58,729 bases of DNA from Myxococcota bacterium (GCA_039028615.1 JBCCHT010000060.1:1-58729); one strand, 5' to 3'. Positions 19,108 to 28,709 are shown, counted from the stretch's first letter. The notes: a model not told the origin generated them from the letters alone. Numbers and translations: made by a program.

Positions 19108-19993
19108 GCTCGCATCGTCGCTGCTCGTGGTTTGGGCCCTGCTGCTCGCGCCGGCCACCCCCGAGCGCTCCGCTGCGCTCAAGACGATGAACGCAGGGGT
19201 CGAGCTCGCGCGGAACAACCAGCTCATCGACGCCGAGCTGCAGATCCGCAAGGCCCTCGAGCACGATCCCTCGCTCGGCGAGGGCTGGCTCAACCACGGG
19301 CACGTACTGCGCCGCATGGGCGACCTGAACGAGGCCGCTCGCAGCTTTCGATCGGGCATGGCCGTCAGCGAGGGGGCGCTGCTCCACGAGCTGCACTACC
19401 AGCTCGGCCGCGTGCTCCTCGCGGGCACCAAGACCACGGGCCTCGATCACGACGAGCGCAGCAAGCGGGCCCGCGGCGCGATCGATGAGTTCCTCGAGGT
19501 CACCGTCCACCAGCCCCAGCGCGCCTCCGCGTGGCACCAGCTCGGGCGCGCCCACGAGTTCCTCGAGGACCCCGCCAAGGCCGACCAAGCCTATCGCCGC
19601 GCCATCGAGGCCGACCCGCACCGCGCCACCGCCTACGTCGGGCTGGCGTTCATGTACCTCGACTATGGCTACGACGCCGCCGCGCTGGCCGTGCTCAAGG
19701 TCAATGTGATGGCCAACGACACCGACGCCGAGGCGTGGGCCGGCCTGGGCATGGGGCAGCTGCGGCTCGAGAAGCCGAAAGAGGCCATCGACGCCCTGAA
19801 GAAGGCCCTGCGCATCGATCCAGAGCATGTGCGGGCCCGCTTCGCATTGGGCATGGCCTACGCCGAGCAGCGCGACCGCAAGTCCTCGATCGAGCACCTC
19901 ACCCGCTTCCTCGAGCAGGCCAGCGACGACGTCCCCGAGTTCAAGAAGCACGCCGCCCGCAACGCGATCAGCCAGCTCCAAGACGTCTTCTGA
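19106..19993 (+). CDS. Exported tetratricopeptide-repeat protein
   Basis: GTG start, hydrophobic N-terminus, about 7 TPR units (e.g. AWHQLGRAHEFLEDPAKADQAYRRAIEADP). Confidence 0.85.
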   Translation: MLASSLLVVWALLLAPATPERSAALKTMNAGVELARNNQLIDAELQIRKALEHDPSLGEGWLNHGHVLRRMGDLNEAARSFRSGMAVSEGALLHELHYQLGRVLLAGTKTTGLDHDERSKRARGAIDEFLEVTVHQPQRASAWHQLGRAHEFLEDPAKADQAYRRAIEADPHRATAYVGLAFMYLDYGYDAAALAVLKVNVMANDTDAEAWAGLGMGQLRLEKPKEAIDALKKALRIDPEHVRARFALGMAYAEQRDRKSSIEHLTRFLEQASDDVPEFKKHAARNAISQLQDVF

Positions 19994-20122
19994 GCCGGGG
20001 CGGAAGCGTTCGATCCAACGCGGCATCGAACGCACCGACCCGCCGTGGGCCCGGGCAATGACACAAATTCGTCACGCCCTCATATTCCCGCCGGGCCCTG
20101 CTTTGCGGCACCATTGGTGTCG

Positions 20123-21373
20123 ATGCACGAATCGGCCGCCCGTCCTCGAATCCTGAGCGTCGTGCTCGCCGGCGGTGAAGGCAAGCGGCTCATGCCGCTG
20201 ACCACCGACCGCGCCAAGCCGGCCGTCCCCTTCGGCGGCCAGTACCGACTCATCGACTTTGCGCTCTCCAACCTCGCCAACGGGGGCTATCGCCGCATCG
20301 TCGTGCTGACCCAGTACAAGAGCCACTCGCTCGACGTGCACCTCGCTCGAACCTGGCGCCTGGCGAGCTTCCTGGGCAACTACGTGACCTCGGTGCCCGC
20401 CCAGATGCGCAAGGGCCCGCAGTGGTTTCGCGGCTCGGCCGACGCGATCTACCAGAACCTCAACCTCGTGGACGACGAGCGTCCCGAGTACATCTTCGTG
20501 TTCGGGGCCGACCACGTCTATCGCATCGATCCCCGCCAGCTGCTCGACCAGCACATCGCGTCGGGAGCGGGCGTCACCGTGGCCGCGGTACGAGTCCCCC
20601 GGGACCAGTCCGATCAGTTCGGCGTCATCGAGCGCGGCGAGGGCAACCGCATCGCCGCCTTCCGAGAAAAGCCCACCGACACCCCGGGCCTCGAGGACGA
20701 CCCCACCAAGATCCTCGCCTCGATGGGGAATTACGTGTTCACCACCAGCGCCCTGCTCGAGGCGCTGCAGGCCGACGCCGAGGACAAGGACAGCCCGCAC
20801 GACATCGGCGGCAACATCATCCCCGCCCTGGTCGAGGCCGGCACCGCCTACTGCTACGACTTCATGGACAACGAGGTCCCCGGCGAGAACCCGCAGTCGC
20901 ACTACTGGCGCGACGTGGGGACCCTCGACGCCTATCACGAGGCGCACATGGACCTGGTCAAGCCGCTGCCCGACTTCGACCTGTACAACGACAAATGGCC
21001 CATCCACACCATGGTGCGGACCATGCCCCCGCCCAAGATCGTCGCCGTGGGCAAGTACGGAGCGGGGCACGTCGCCGACGCGATGCTCAGCAACGGCGTC
21101 ATCCTCAGCGGCGCCAACGTGCACCGCTCGGTGCTGAGCCCGGGCGTACGGGTCTCGGGCGGCGCGAAGATCGAAGGCTCGATCCTGCTCGACGACGTCA
21201 CGGTGGGCGAAGGCGCGGTGATCCGTCGCGCGGTAATCGACAAGGGCGTCACCATCCCCGCGGGCGCGACCGTGGGCGTCGACCATGACGCCGACCGCGA
21301 GCGAGGACTGCGGGTCTCCGACGGCGGCGTGGTCGCGATGGGCAAGAAGCGGCCCTTCGGGCCCGTGGATTGA
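20123..21373 (+). CDS. glgC: Glucose-1-phosphate adenylyltransferase
   Basis: [72 protein letters not shown]-terminal hexapeptide beta-helix. Confidence 0.97.
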   Translation: MHESAARPRILSVVLAGGEGKRLMPLTTDRAKPAVPFGGQYRLIDFALSNLANGGYRRIVVLTQYKSHSLDVHLARTWRLASFLGNYVTSVPAQMRKGPQWFRGSADAIYQNLNLVDDERPEYIFVFGADHVYRIDPRQLLDQHIASGAGVTVAAVRVPRDQSDQFGVIERGEGNRIAAFREKPTDTPGLEDDPTKILASMGNYVFTTSALLEALQADAEDKDSPHDIGGNIIPALVEAGTAYCYDFMDNEVPGENPQSHYWRDVGTLDAYHEAHMDLVKPLPDFDLYNDKWPIHTMVRTMPPPKIVAVGKYGAGHVADAMLSNGVILSGANVHRSVLSPGVRVSGGAKIEGSILLDDVTVGEGAVIRRAVIDKGVTIPAGATVGVDHDADRERGLRVSDGGVVAMGKKRPFGPVD

Positions 21374-21479
21374 CCTCGGCTCAGCTCGAGCGGGAACGGA
21401 GCCCCAAGCCACCCGCGACCGACCCCCGCGGCGCGACTACGGCCGCCGAGAAACACGGATCGGGAGCCGTGGCGGCGGA

Positions 21480-22838
21480 CTAGCCGGCGACCTTGGCGAG
21501 CACGCGCAGGTGCTGCACCGCAGTCCGCAGCTGAAGGTCGTCGCCCGCCGCCTTGACGGCCTCGGACTCGTCGACCCGCGGCGGGCTCTCGCGGCCGAAG
21601 TCCTCCGGCTCGAGGTGCCCGGGGTTTTCCCGCTCGGCCGGCAGCTCGGGCCGACTGTCGAGGTTGGGCATTGCCGCCTGGGGATCCGCCACCGCCCCCA
21701 CGTACACGTCGGGCGTGATGCCGCTGGCCTGGATTAGCCGATCGGCGGGCGTGTAGTACAGCGCGATGGTGATCTTGAGCAGGCTGCCGTCGTCGAGTTC
21801 GAAGGGCGCCTGCACCGAGCCCTTGCCGTAGCTGCGCTCGCCCACGATGACCGCCCGCCCGTGGTCCTGCAGCGCCCCCGCCACGATCTCCGAGGCGCTG
21901 GCCGACCCCTTGTTGATGAGCAGCACCAGCGGCAGCTCGCGCTGGGTCCCGGGCCGTCGCGCTCGCGCCTCGTCGAGCACCTTCCCCTCGCGGCCCCGCG
22001 TGCGCACGATGATGCCGGAGTCGACGAACAGATCGACGATGCCGATCGCCTCGCCGAGCAGCCCCCCGCCGTTGTCGCGCAGGTCGATGATCACCCCCTG
22101 CAGCCCGCCTTCGCCGGCTTGCTTGGCCAGGGTGGCGAGCCCTTCTTTCATCTCTCGCGTCGCGTGCTCGGGGAAGTCGCGCAGCCGCAGGTGCCCCAGC
22201 CCCTCGCCGAGGTACTTCAGCTCCACCGCGGGCGGATCGATGATCGCCCGCGTCAGCTTCAGCGTCCGCAGCACGCCCTTTTCGGGGTCCTCGATGGTCA
22301 ACGAGATCGTCGTCCCCGGCTTGCCCCGAATCTCGACGATCGCCTCCTCGAGATCCCCAAAGTCCGCGATGGGCTGCCCTTCGACCCGAACCACGTGGTC
22401 GCCGACCTCGACTCCCGCCGCCTCGGCCGGGCCCCCCGGAACCACGTCACGCACATCGAGAAAGCGCGCCCCGTCGGCCTTGCGCCCGAGCACCACCACC
22501 ATCCCGATGCCACCGAACGCCCCCTCGATGTCCTCCCGCAGCAGCTTCGCTTCCCGCGGCGGCAGGAAGTTCGTGTGCGGATCGAGCTCCGACACCATCC
22601 CCGCGATCGCGGAGTGAATCAGCCGCCCGTCATCCACCGGTCGCACGTAGTACTGCTCGACGATCGACAGCGCCCGCGCAAACGCATCGAGCTTCTGATA
22701 GCGAGAGTAGGTCGGCGGCGCCGCCTTGACCTTGGGCTTCGCCCACGATGGCACCGCCGTCCCAATCGCAACCCCAGCGCCGAGACACCCCGCCGCCAAC
22801 GCCAAGATCCCCACCGTCCGTCGTGCGCCCACTCGCAT
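21480..22838 (-). CDS. ctpA: Carboxyl-terminal processing protease, peptidase S41 (PDZ plus catalytic domain)
   Basis: LDPHT, FGGIG, PDZ domain, IIDLRDNGGG, SASASEIVAGALQD, GERSYGKGSVQ, GITPD. Confidence 0.93.
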   Translation of the reverse strand: MRVGARRTVGILALAAGCLGAGVAIGTAVPSWAKPKVKAAPPTYSRYQKLDAFARALSIVEQYYVRPVDDGRLIHSAIAGMVSELDPHTNFLPPREAKLLREDIEGAFGGIGMVVVLGRKADGARFLDVRDVVPGGPAEAAGVEVGDHVVRVEGQPIADFGDLEEAIVEIRGKPGTTISLTIEDPEKGVLRTLKLTRAIIDPPAVELKYLGEGLGHLRLRDFPEHATREMKEGLATLAKQAGEGGLQGVIIDLRDNGGGLLGEAIGIVDLFVDSGIIVRTRGREGKVLDEARARRPGTQRELPLVLLINKGSASASEIVAGALQDHGRAVIVGERSYGKGSVQAPFELDDGSLLKITIALYYTPADRLIQASGITPDVYVGAVADPQAAMPNLDSRPELPAERENPGHLEPEDFGRESPPRVDESEAVKAAGDDLQLRTAVQHLRVLAKVAG

Positions 22839-22987
22839 CGCCGCGAGCTTAGCAGCCCCCCGACACCACGCTCACCCACCCCCCACCTTCACCCCGAGAC
22901 CCGGGCTCAACCCCATCCCCCAGGGAGTTCACCGCGCCAGCCCCCGCCGTTGCCCAGATCGGGCGGGCCCGCGCAGCCCGGCAGGGG

Positions 22988-23063
22988 CCCACTCGCGCGC
23001 AAGCGGCGACGACCCACCCCTCCAAGCACCCCGCTCCCCAATTCGCCGCCGAGCACGAGTGGG
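22988..23063. repeat. Imperfect intergenic inverted repeat
   Basis: CCCACTCGCGCGCAAGCGGCGA ... TCGCCGCCGAGCACGAGTGGG arms around a C-rich loop. Confidence 0.5.
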
Positions 23064-23120
23064 AAGGAGGCCGGGCGTCAGCAGGCGCCCGCCCGTCTCC
23101 GCCCGAAGCTCATACCGAAT

Positions 23121-23657
23121 CTACGTCCGCCCCCGATCGAGCACCTCCAAGATATCCCCCACCGCCGCATGATCCCCCGCCTCCCGGCTGACCTGCTCCA
23201 TCAACGCCTCCCCCCGCGGCGTGATCACGAACACCCCCCCATTCTGCCAAGGATCCCCCTGAACCTTCTTCTGCCGAAACCCCGCCTTGTACGCCCGAGC
23301 CGTATGCCCCAGCCCCTTACGCGTCAGCACCTTCCCGATCCCCCGCCGCAACCCCGCCGCCCGATAGGCCTTCATCTCCGGATCGACCCACAGCGTGAAC
23401 GGAACAGACTCGTCCTCCGCAAACATCTCGGCATGGTGCGGCGTCCCGTTCCCCACCACCACGACCTCGACATCCCGCTTACTCAGCTCGTCATTGGCGT
23501 CACGCAACTGCGCGACCTGCTCGCGGCAGAGGATTCAGCCAAAGTGCCGAATGAACACCACCACTGCCGTGCGATCGTCCCACGCTGAACCCAACCGGTG
23601 AGGGCTCCCCTGCGGGTCGAGAACTTCGATGTCTTGGAGCTTCTGAGCAACGGTCAT
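23121..23657 (-). CDS. Selenoprotein: peroxiredoxin-like AhpC/TSA_2 (PRXL2/SelU-like) protein with UxxC motif; in-frame TGA at 23535-23537
   Basis: Two track ORFs join in frame: ...VVVFIRHFG-TGA-ILCREQVAQLRDANDEL...WVDPEMKAYRAAGL...QGDPWQNGGVFVI. The family normally has CxxC at this position. GAGG SD before ATG 23657. Confidence 0.88.
23508..23529 (-). other. Candidate bacterial SECIS hairpin
   Basis: mRNA just 3' of the UGA reads CUG-c-CGCGA-[GCAGG]-UCGCG-CAG: an 8-bp stem with one bulge and a G-initiated 5-nt loop starting 15 nt after the UGA. Confidence 0.65.
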
Positions 23658-23763
23658 TTGAGCGCCTCTTCTGCTCCCCCGATCGACCCCGGCGGAACGG
23701 GTGTTACGCGATGTCCAGGCGGCCCCCCACCTCGCTGCGCTATGATCCCCGCCCAGCTTCACC

Positions 23764-26700
23764 GTGACCGGGAATTCCGCCACCCGCGAGCTTTCGCTCG
23801 GGGAAATCGTCGACCAGAAGTACCAGGTCATCCGCCGCCTCGGGAAAGGCGGCATGGGCCAGGTCTACGCCGCCAAGCGGCTGACGCTGGGTGACACCGT
23901 CGCGATCAAGTGCATCCTGGCGCACCGCAACACGGCCAACAATCGCCAGCGCTTCGTTCGCGAGGCCCGGGCCGCGGCGAGGATCCGTCACCCCAACGTG
24001 GTGCAGGTTTTCGACTTCGGTGAGCTCGACGAGGCGGGCACGCCGTACATGGTGATGGAGCTGCTCGAGGGGCCGACGCTCGCGGAGGCCATCGCCTCCG
24101 AGGGGCTCGACCGCGAGCAGGCGCTGGCGATCTTCGGGCAGATCTGCGCGGCGATCGAAGCCGGCCATCGCCGCGGCGTGGTCCATCGCGACATCAAGCC
24201 CGGCAACGTGATCCTCGCCCGCAGCGACGACGGCGGCGAGGCGGTCAAGGTGCTCGACTTCGGCTTGGCCCGCGTCGCGACCGGCGGCCCGCAGATGAGC
24301 GAGCCCGAGCTGCTCGTGGGCACCGTCGATTACATGTCGCCCGAGCAGGTCAGCGGCACCCCGGTGAGCCCGGCCAGCGACGTGTTCTCGCTCGCGGTGC
24401 TGCTGTACGAGCTGATGGTGGGCGTCCGCCCCTTCTCCGGGGACAGCGTCGTCAATACCCTGTTTCGGATCACCGAGGGCGACTATCAGCGGCCGAAGGT
24501 CGCGGCGCCCGATCTCGACGAGGCCATCGCGGAGGCGATCGAAGCCGGGCTTCAAACCGAGGCCAGCCAGCGTCCGCGCTCGGCCTCCGCGTTGGCGGAG
24601 CTGGCCGGCGCCAATGCCAACGCGGGAGCAGAGCCCCTGTCGAGTCGAGGCCTCGGTCGCCCGCCCAGCCGCCCCCACAGCGCGGCGGGACCCAGCGACG
24701 TCTACGAGCCCGATTCCACCCCGCAGTCGGTCGAAGGCCCCGCCATCGTGGGGCGAGAAGACGAGCTGACCGCCTTCGACGAAGAGCTCCAGCGTGCAGG
24801 CGAAGGGGGAGCCCGGGTCACGCTGGTGCTCGGTGAAGCCGGCTCGGGCAAGACCTCGTTGCTCGACGAGGCGGCGCGGCGCTTCGACCAGCAGGGCGCC
24901 CGCGTGGTGCGAGGGCGCTTCTTTGCCTATGCCGCCGACCGGCCCCCGCCCCCCGAGGCCTTCACCTGGGCGCTCGATGCTCCGGGCCAGCTCGGCTCCG
25001 ACGCGGCCGTGCGCCAGGCGGGCCAGGACAAGTGGCAGATGTTCGACGAGACGGCCGCCACCGTGCTCGATCGCCCCGACGACCGCACGCTGACGCTGCT
25101 GCTCGACGACGTACAGTGGGCCGGCACGCTCGACCTCGAGTTCCTGTCGTACCTCCGCTACAAGGCCCGCGAGCGGCCGCTGGTGATCGTGGCCTCGGCT
25201 CGCCCCGACCACGGCCCCGAGCTGCGCTCGCTCGCCGCCAAGCTGGCCTCCACCCGCAGCCTCCGCAAGCTGAAGCTCGAGCCGCTCACGCTGCGGGCGA
25301 CGCATTCGTTCTTGCGCCGCAGCTTCCGTCGCCTGCACATCGCCCCGCCCGACGTTCGCCGGATCTACCACGTGACCTCGGGCAGCCCCTATGCGCTGGT
25401 CGAGCTGACGCGCCAGCTCGTGGACGGCGGACGCATCCGCTCCGAAGACGACGGCCAGCGCTGGGTCTGCGACGATCTGTTCGACGTCGGCCTGCCCGAC
25501 TCGGTCCAGACGGTGGTCGAAGCCCGGCTCGCCGAGATCCCCGACGAGGTCCGCCGCTCGCTCGAGCTGTGCTCGGTCATCGGCGAAGAATTCCACCTCG
25601 AGACCGTCGTCCACGCCAGCGGAGAGACCGAAGACGAGCTCGAAGAGCGCCTCGAGCTGGCGGTCGAGCGGCGCATCCTGAGCGAGGACAACCTGGGCCC
25701 CCGCGCCGACTTTCGCTTCGCCAGCGCGGCCCTGCGCCAGGTGCTCTACGACGGGCTCAGCCCCCGCAAGCGTCGCCGGTTGCACCGCAAGGTGGTGGAG
25801 GCGTTGTCCGAGCGCTACGCCTCCAGCCGCCCGCAGCTGGCCGACGTGCTCACCTACCACTACCAAGCGATGGGCGACTGGGCGCAGACCTTCGCCCATG
25901 GGCTCGAGGCCGCCGCTCGCAACGTCGACCTGCACGATGCCGATGCGGCTCACACCGCCCTGCTCGCGGTGACGGCCGCCCTCGAGCACCACGAGCCCAC
26001 CCCGGGGCAGCGTGCCCGCTACGAGTACCTCTCCGGCTGTCTGGGCGAGACCCTGGGACACCTCGACGAAGCGGTGGCGTCGCTCGGGCGCGCCGTCGAT
26101 CTGGCCGCGAGCGAAGGCGACGACCGCCTGCGCCTCGATGCAGAGCTCGCCCTGGCCGATTGCGAGCTGAGCCGCGGTGGCTTCGCCGAGTGCATGGCCT
26201 GGGCCCAGCGCGCCATCGACCGCGCCATCGAGCTGTCCGATCGGCCTCGCGAGTTCCTCGGTCGCGTGCGCTTCGCCAGCGCGGCCGGGCCCCTCGGCAA
26301 GATTCCCGAGGCGCAACAGACCATCGCTCCCGTGCTCGAGACCACGGAGTCCGAGTTCGCCCTGCACCGCGCCCTCGCGGGCCGGGAGCGCACCTGGCTC
26401 GCGGCCAAGACGGGAGAGTTCGCGCAGGCGGGCGAGGCCGCGACCCAGGCCATCGCCGAGGCCCAGGCCGCCCGCGACACCTTGGCCCATTACCGCGCTC
26501 AGTCGGCGCTGGGCCTGGTGCACGCCGAGTGTGGCGATCACCCTGCGGCCATCGAACAGCTCGGCAAGGCCCTCGAGCTCGCCCGTGCGCTGAGCCTGCG
26601 CCGACGCGAGGGCATCGAGCTGTGCAACATCGGCGAGTGTCACCTGCTGTCCGGCGACGCCCAGCGCGGGCTCGAGCTGACCCAGCAGGGCTTGGCCATC

Positions 26701-27594
26701 TTCGTGGAGATGCGCGACACGGCCAGCGAAGGCGATTGCCGGGTCAACGTCGGCCGCATGCTGCGAGAGCTGGGTCGTCGCGACGAGGCGGTGGCCATGC
26801 TCGCCCGGGGTCGACAGGCGTGCGCCGCCTCGGGGCGGGTGGAGTACGAGGCCATCGCGCTCACCGAGTTGGCCGACATTCACGCCAAAGAGGGCAAGCC
26901 GCTGCTCGCCCGCTCGCTGTATCAACGGGCCGAGCGAGGCCTCGCCTCCATCGGGGCCTTCCAGCGCTGGCAGGCCCAGTTCGGCGTGGCGCGCATGGAC
27001 TCGGCGCTCGGCGACATCGCGGCGGCTCGCGCTCAATCCGAGCTCGCTCTGGAGCAGGTGCGGGCCCTGCTCGCCGATGCCCCCGACGGCGTCGACCCGG
27101 CCGCGCTGCGCCGCGCCGAGGACGAGATCACCAAGTTCCTCGCGGATCCGGCAGGCGAGACCCTGGCCGGCGGCGGCGACCCCATCGAGCGCGACGTGCT
27201 CGACCAGCAGCACCGCCACCTCGAAGGCCTCGCCAAGAAGATCATCGCCAAGGTCTCACGCTTGCACGACGACTCGGCTCGCCTGTCGCTGTTGCAGCAG
27301 CTCCGAACCTTCGAGAACGAGCTGCGCGAGCACAGCGAGACGGAGACCCAGGGCGCCTACCTGCACCTTCTGCGCTGCAGCGACCCCGACGTCCGCGAGC
27401 GCGTCACCGACCTGTATACCGATGGCGCCGACCTGTACGAGGCCTTCTTCGCCTTCATGCGCCGCTTCGGCAACGAGCAGAGCCTCACCGCGTCACGCGG
27501 GGCCTTTGCCGAGGGGCTGATGGAGGTCTTCGGTCAGCTCACCGTTCGCATGCACCGAGAAGAGCGCGAGCTGCATCCGCTCATGAAGCCGTGA
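23764..27594 (+). CDS. Ser/Thr kinase - AAA_16 ATPase - TPR - C-terminal hemerythrin-like domain protein
   Basis: LGKGGMGQVY, HRDIKPGN, DFGLA, YMSPE; Walker A GEAGSGKT, Walker B LLLDD; TPR array; C-terminal LDQQHRHL...LREHSETE...RMHREERELHP. Confidence 0.88.
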   Translation: MTGNSATRELSLGEIVDQKYQVIRRLGKGGMGQVYAAKRLTLGDTVAIKCILAHRNTANNRQRFVREARAAARIRHPNVVQVFDFGELDEAGTPYMVMELLEGPTLAEAIASEGLDREQALAIFGQICAAIEAGHRRGVVHRDIKPGNVILARSDDGGEAVKVLDFGLARVATGGPQMSEPELLVGTVDYMSPEQVSGTPVSPASDVFSLAVLLYELMVGVRPFSGDSVVNTLFRITEGDYQRPKVAAPDLDEAIAEAIEAGLQTEASQRPRSASALAELAGANANAGAEPLSSRGLGRPPSRPHSAAGPSDVYEPDSTPQSVEGPAIVGREDELTAFDEELQRAGEGGARVTLVLGEAGSGKTSLLDEAARRFDQQGARVVRGRFFAYAADRPPPPEAFTWALDAPGQLGSDAAVRQAGQDKWQMFDETAATVLDRPDDRTLTLLLDDVQWAGTLDLEFLSYLRYKARERPLVIVASARPDHGPELRSLAAKLASTRSLRKLKLEPLTLRATHSFLRRSFRRLHIAPPDVRRIYHVTSGSPYALVELTRQLVDGGRIRSEDDGQRWVCDDLFDVGLPDSVQTVVEARLAEIPDEVRRSLELCSVIGEEFHLETVVHASGETEDELEERLELAVERRILSEDNLGPRADFRFASAALRQVLYDGLSPRKRRRLHRKVVEALSERYASSRPQLADVLTYHYQAMGDWAQTFAHGLEAAARNVDLHDADAAHTALLAVTAALEHHEPTPGQRARYEYLSGCLGETLGHLDEAVASLGRAVDLAASEGDDRLRLDAELALADCELSRGGFAECMAWAQRAIDRAIELSDRPREFLGRVRFASAAGPLGKIPEAQQTIAPVLETTESEFALHRALAGRERTWLAAKTGEFAQAGEAATQAIAEAQAARDTLAHYRAQSALGLVHAECGDHPAAIEQLGKALELARALSLRRREGIELCNIGECHLLSGDAQRGLELTQQGLAIFVEMRDTASEGDCRVNVGRMLRELGRRDEAVAMLARGRQACAASGRVEYEAIALTELADIHAKEGKPLLARSLYQRAERGLASIGAFQRWQAQFGVARMDSALGDIAAARAQSELALEQVRALLADAPDGVDPAALRRAEDEITKFLADPAGETLAGGGDPIERDVLDQQHRHLEGLAKKIIAKVSRLHDDSARLSLLQQLRTFENELREHSETETQGAYLHLLRCSDPDVRERVTDLYTDGADLYEAFFAFMRRFGNEQSLTASRGAFAEGLMEVFGQLTVRMHREERELHPLMKP

Positions 27595-28291
27595 GCTCGA
27601 TCCACACGTGCTCCGCTCGGGCCCAGACGCGGCCCTCGGCGTCGGCCAGGGCGGCCGCGGCGTGGTGCTTGCGTCGGTCTCGAGGCCCCGCCCACGCGTA
27701 GACCACCATCGGCGCATCACCGGGGATCTCCGGCTGCAGCTGCGCCGCCATCTGACCCAGCAGGAAGCCGCGGCCGGGGTCGACGTCGAGGGCGAAGTAG
27801 CTGGGACAGTCGAGGGCGGCCCAGACCATGCGCGGATCGACGTGCCCCTGCTCGTTCCGCATCTCGGGGGTGGGCTGCCACTCGCTGGCGACCAGCCCTT
27901 CGCGCTCGGGCACGGCCCCCGCGAAGATCCGCAGGCCATCGCCGTGGTCGCGCTCGGGCCCGCAGACGAAGCACCGCGGATAGATGTGCCCGGTGAGCCC
28001 GCGGTAGCGCTGCTGCCCGGCGCGGGCCTGCTCGAGGCTCGGGGCCGCGGGGGCCTCTCCCTTCAGCGCGTACGGGACCGCGGTGGCGACCAGGTGCTCA
28101 CCTTCGAAGACCCGGACCTCGCCCGCGGACTCGCCTGTGCGCACCTCCAAGGCCCGATCGAGCGGCGGCGGACGGGAGAGCCGAACCCGGGCCGGACCCT
28201 CGACGAGCGAGGCGACGGCACCACAGGCGTAGCCGCCGTTGGCCGAGCCGTCGGGGCCGTTGAAGCGCGCACCGATGGTCACCGTGTTCAT
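27581..28291 (-). CDS. Hotdog-fold thioesterase-like protein
   Basis: RFNGPDGSANGGY, RLSRPPPL, CFVCG, WAALDCPS, GRVWARAEHVWI. 14-bp convergent overlap with the kinase. Confidence 0.8.
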   Translation of the reverse strand: MNTVTIGARFNGPDGSANGGYACGAVASLVEGPARVRLSRPPPLDRALEVRTGESAGEVRVFEGEHLVATAVPYALKGEAPAAPSLEQARAGQQRYRGLTGHIYPRCFVCGPERDHGDGLRIFAGAVPEREGLVASEWQPTPEMRNEQGHVDPRMVWAALDCPSYFALDVDPGRGFLLGQMAAQLQPEIPGDAPMVVYAWAGPRDRRKHHAAAALADAEGRVWARAEHVWIELTAS

Positions 28292-28337
28292 CAACGCCAC
28301 GGTACCGACCGCCGCGCGGGAACACGAGCCGGGCCGC

Positions 28338-28709
28338 TCACATGGCCAGCAGCCAGTGCCGGGCTTCGTCTTCGTCGTGGAAGGCCCGGAACATCACACC
28401 GTGGCCGACGGCCATCGCCCGGACGTCGGCGGCGAGCTCCCTGGAGTTGAGCAGGGTCGCGACCTTGCGGACGTGCGTGGAGCGAGACAGCCACTGCCAG
28501 ATGCGATCTTGGACCGCGGCGGGCGTGCGATCGGAGTCGCGGGAGTCGAACAGCAACAGGCCGATCTCCGACTCCTCGAGGGCCCGATCGATGGCCCCGA
28601 GCACGGTATTGGTCTCCGCTCGATTTCGAGCCGAGCGCCCGTGCCAGACCTTCACGACGCCGCCCCCGACCTCGATCCGGAGCGTGTCGGCCTGTTCGAC
28701 GACCGTCAT
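28338..28709 (-). CDS. Small STAS/SEC14 (SpoIIAA-like) protein
   Basis: 123 aa; LLFDSR...KVATLL...FRAFHDEDEARHWL, the F...EA..WL ending typical of this family. Confidence 0.65.
   Translation of the reverse strand: MTVVEQADTLRIEVGGGVVKVWHGRSARNRAETNTVLGAIDRALEESEIGLLLFDSRDSDRTPAAVQDRIWQWLSRSTHVRKVATLLNSRELAADVRAMAVGHGVMFRAFHDEDEARHWLLAM

Noticed and set aside
23121..23855. Pseudogene or two small separate ORFs (23121-23507 and 23535-23855)
   Set aside because: The single TGA falls exactly on the first Cys of the family CxxC motif and is followed by a SECIS-like hairpin; selenocysteine readthrough explains it better.
23740..27219. 1159-aa minus-strand ORF and other long antisense ORFs (e.g. 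13000-14934, 15156-17198, 25032-27701, 31779-33929)
   Set aside because: Shadow frames of real high-GC genes with no recognisable motifs.
23764..27594. Anti-phage Avs/STAND defence system
   Set aside because: Kinase-AAA_16-TPR proteins are common myxobacterial signalling proteins; there is no nuclease or other toxic effector and no defence-island context.
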